Positions 52,151 to 55,372 of a DNA stretch of 55,372 nucleotides are shown piece after piece (within the stretch, counting starts at the first letter, position 1; each line of letters opens with the position of its first letter). This DNA comes from Guillardia theta CCMP2712 (lineage: Eukaryota > Protista > Cryptophyta). The notes under the pieces are model-generated. The model searched no databases. It worked only from the letters and a program-made list of their open reading frames with translations, and was not told the origin of the DNA. A program made the translations under genes and the position numbers. The DNA is taken from assembly GCF_000315625.1 (NCBI RefSeq), contig NW_005434665.1, forward strand, positions 849,188 through 904,559, read 5' to 3'.

Positions 52151-52926
52151 CTGATGCTCTTCTTCCCTCCTCTGTTGTCGCAATGCTTTCTTCTACTCCT
52201 CCATGAAGCTAGCTCCCATCTTGGGTCAAGCAGACACACCAAGACGTCTCGGACTCAGTTTATCCCCGTCCCCCCTCGCCAAATCCAATCGATTTCCTAA
52301 CCCTCAGCACCCTGTGCTCCACATGACTGGTCGCTCCTCCCCCACTGCAGTCACCGACTCTTCTCTTCACTTCATGTGTTGCTCTCCTCTCCTCTTCCTT
52401 GCCCTCCCCTCCCCTCCTCCTCCTCCTCCTCTCCTCCCTCTCGGTTGATCTTCCAGCGCCCACTCCATGCGCTGGCATATCCGTTACAATCATAACTGTA
52501 ATGAAAGACCACCCCTACAATCAACCTGCTGTACCCCCACCCTGGGAAGTATTTCAGAACATGCCCTACACTGCTGGAATCTCAATGAAGGCTAGAGAGG
52601 GGAAGAAATGAAGAGCGGGGAGAGGAGAGGAGAGGAGAGGACAGGGCAAGACAGGGCATGACAGGGCATGACAGGGCAAGACAGGACAGGAGAGTCTGAA
52701 ACTGGTGTCTGGAAGGATAGTGGAAGGAGAAAACTAGGATGAATACTGAGGGTGGAAGAAGAACGACACTAGAAACATGAAGGAAGAAAATAAGGTGAAT
52801 CAAACTCATTTGTCTCAGTCAGATGTGGCGTCGGATCCGCGGAGCAGACTCTCTGCCATGAATGCTTCCACCATGGCACAATTCTGATCCTCCAATTATA
52901 CACGCGTCCACGAATCCCTGGGCACA

Positions 52927-54850
52927 ATGTCCAAAGAATTCCCAGAGCTGCGACGAGGAGAGTCGGAGCAGCTGATCGACCAGGCCATCGCAGATGTACT
53001 TCCTTCAGAGGATCCGTTCGAGAGCCCCAACTTTGACGTCATCGCCATGCTCAACAAGCACTTTCCCAACGAGCTATCGCTGACTTCCATTGAAACGACC
53101 TGCGATCGACTTGCCGTTAAGATGAACGAGGTCTGTCGTCGCGCACCCTCCCTCGCACTCACTCTGCCGCAGCTTGACATCTCCATCCTCCATGCGGTGG
53201 AGCTGCAGAGCAGTGAGGGCGAGGCGGCCAAGCAGGACCTGGAGCGAGCGAACCGATCAGTCTCAGAGCTGATGGCGAACCTCAAGAGTATCAAGGAGAG
53301 GGGGGAGGCGACCAAGAGCATGGTCCACGAGATCTGCCGAGACATCCAGGTGAGCTGGGAAGCTGCTGGTCTAGAGCTGACTGGACCGTAGACGTTGGAC
53401 TTTGCCAAGCAGAACCTGACGACGACCATCATCGCGCTGCGGAGGCTGAACATGCTGGAGAACGCGATCGAGCAGCTGTCGGAAATGACGGCAGCTCGAG
53501 CTTACAAGGAGGCAGCGAACCTCCTGGAGGCCATGACGCAGCTGGCCGCCAACTTCGACGCATTCAAGAACGTCCCCAAGGTTTGCGAGCTCCTCGCCTC
53601 CGTACGAGCCCTGCGGTCGCAGCTGCAAGCTCAAGTGCTCGAGGAGTTCAAGCTGCACATCAACGTCACGATGCCGGAGGACGTGTCGTGCATGCTCAAG
53701 GACGCGGCCCAGGTGGTGTGCGTACTGGGGCAGGGGCTGATCCTCAAGCTCGTCAAGTGGTTCTCCGATAAGGAGCTCGGGGAGTACGAGAATCTGTTCG
53801 ACCCCTCCAAACATCCCGCGGGGCTCGAGAGCGTCGAGAAGAGATTCGCATGGCTGCGTCGCTGGCTCCGCTCCTTCTCCTTCTCGTACGGGGAGGTGAT
53901 GCCGAGCAGCTGGGAGGTTCCTCGGGTGGTGTCGGAGGAGTTCTGCCATAGGACGAGGAATCATCTGGCGCAGCTGCTGCAGAAGAAGAGCAAGGAGATG
54001 GACGTGCGGCTGCTGATGCACGTCATCCAGAAGACGATCGAGTTCGAGCAGGAGCTCTCGGGGCGGTTCTTCGTTGCTGGAGTCGAGGCGGAGGCGGAGG
54101 GGAAGGCAGGGGAGGGCGAGGGGGCGTCGAACGAGGGCCGCATGAAGTTTGCCGTGAACTGTGGGAGTGAGAACAGGAGGAGTGCGTTCGATCGAATCAT
54201 CAGCCGAGTGTTCAAGCCCTACATGTCGCTGTTTCTTAAGCTCGAGCGCGCGCACATGGCTGACCTTGTCAAGTCGCTCCTGTCCAAGGAGGACTGGGGA
54301 GCAGGTATGGGACGTGAGGAAAGGGTAGAAGGGACGAGGGTGAAGGAGACAGCAGAGGGAGGGAGGGGGAGAGAGAGGGAGGAAGAGTAGCAGGGTGGAT
54401 GAGGAGAGGAAGGAGATCGGTGCAGGGAAGAAGCTGGGAGTTGAACGCTGCTGCTGCCGCTCCTGGTGCTGCTGGTGGTTGTGGCAGGAGCGAGGGAGAG
54501 GAAGGGTTGGGAGAGGGGAGATGTTGATATGTGGGGCCGGCTGTGAGATGCCGTGGTGGCGAAGAGACCTGACGGAACTGCAGGGCTTGACAACGAGACA
54601 GAGGAGGAGGAGGCGCCTGTGCTGTCCAGCACGGGAGAGCTCTTCCTGTACATCAAGAGATCCTTGAATCAATGCAGCGCTGTAGACACGGGGGAGACTC
54701 TGCTGCACCTGTCACGTGCGTTCGAGGAGACGCTGATCCAGTATGCGCAAGGGCTTCATAAGCACATCGCCGAGAAAGCAAGGTGAGGACGATAAGGAAG
54801 GGGGAGGGTAGTGGAGGAGGAAGAGGAGGGAAAGAAAGAAAAGGAAGAAG

Positions 54851-54935
<85 letters not shown>

Positions 54936-55372
54936 CACCAGTGCCCCTTTCGTCACGTTGTAACATGGAAGAAGGAGCAAGAAGAATCTTCCGGCACAGG
55001 ACGAGCGGGTGATGGCGATAGTTATCAACACGTTGGAATATTCGTCAGATATCATGGAGCAGCTTCAGACCACAATCTCCAAGGCCATCGACCCCTCCCT
55101 CGCGCAGCATGTCCTGCTCTTCCATCCTCCTCCTCTTGCACCCTCGCACTCCTCTTCCGTCCTGTTTTCTTGCCAACTCCTCTACCCTTTCCATTTCCTT
55201 TTCCTCTTCCCTACTCTTCCTCCTCATGTTTTCCCTCCATCTTTCTCCTTCGCTTCCTCCTCCTAACACTTTCCAGGTCTCTTTCGCCGGGCTGAGTGAC
55301 AGTTTCGACAATGCCATCGCTGAGGCTCAGGTATAAGTTATCCCTCCCTCCCTCTCTCGTCGTCTCTCTCTC
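52927..55372 (+). CDS. VPS53: GARP/EARP tethering subunit Vps53 (partial; runs off the right edge)
   Basis: DPFESPNFDVIAMLNKHFPNELSL, SMVHEICRDIQ|TLDFAKQNLTTTIIALRRLNML, LESVEKRFAWLRR, EEFCHRTR, KTIEFEQEL, VLSSTGELFLYIK, VINTLEY. Confidence 0.93.
54850..54932. repeat. (GGAGCA)n intronic microsatellite
   Basis: About 13 hexamer copies in a VPS53 intron. Confidence 0.9.

Noticed and set aside
53371-54708. 445-aa minus-strand ORF and similar long antisense ORFs
   Set aside because: Antisense to VPS53 and other GC3-rich coding sequence

Overview
Gene-dense eukaryotic nuclear DNA, not prokaryotic. Introns are mostly about 45-60 nt and GT-AG, with some GC-AG, so most short entries in the ORF track are exon fragments or antisense artefacts. 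A signal peptide followed by an ASA|F transit peptide points to an alga with a complex red plastid; the intron and low-complexity style suggests a cryptophyte (inference). Splicing by hand gives about 17 protein genes and one tRNA-Lys(UUU): CCDC17-like, VMA21, TCERG1/PRP40C-like, MESD-like, NEMF/Rqc2, a large multidomain U-box protein, a UBE2J1/Ubc6 E2, RS-cyclophilin, a plastid-targeted small protein, DUF599, CTNNBL1, a PDZ protein, syntaxin-16, VPS53 and three unknowns. The most interesting region is 14.9-27.9 kb. There, an Rqc2 carrying an inserted hnRNP-Q/R acidic (NURR-like) domain sits head-to-head with a U-box / tyrosine-kinase-like pseudokinase / OB / TPR / OB / PDZ / LOTUS / 2xCCCH protein (a candidate RNA-binding E3 ligase), which is tail-to-tail with an ER-anchored E2. 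Intergenic regions at gene 5' ends repeatedly carry strand-biased GGGGTA/TACCCC tracts and GC-rich palindromes. All domain calls are by-eye motif recognition; no searches were run.
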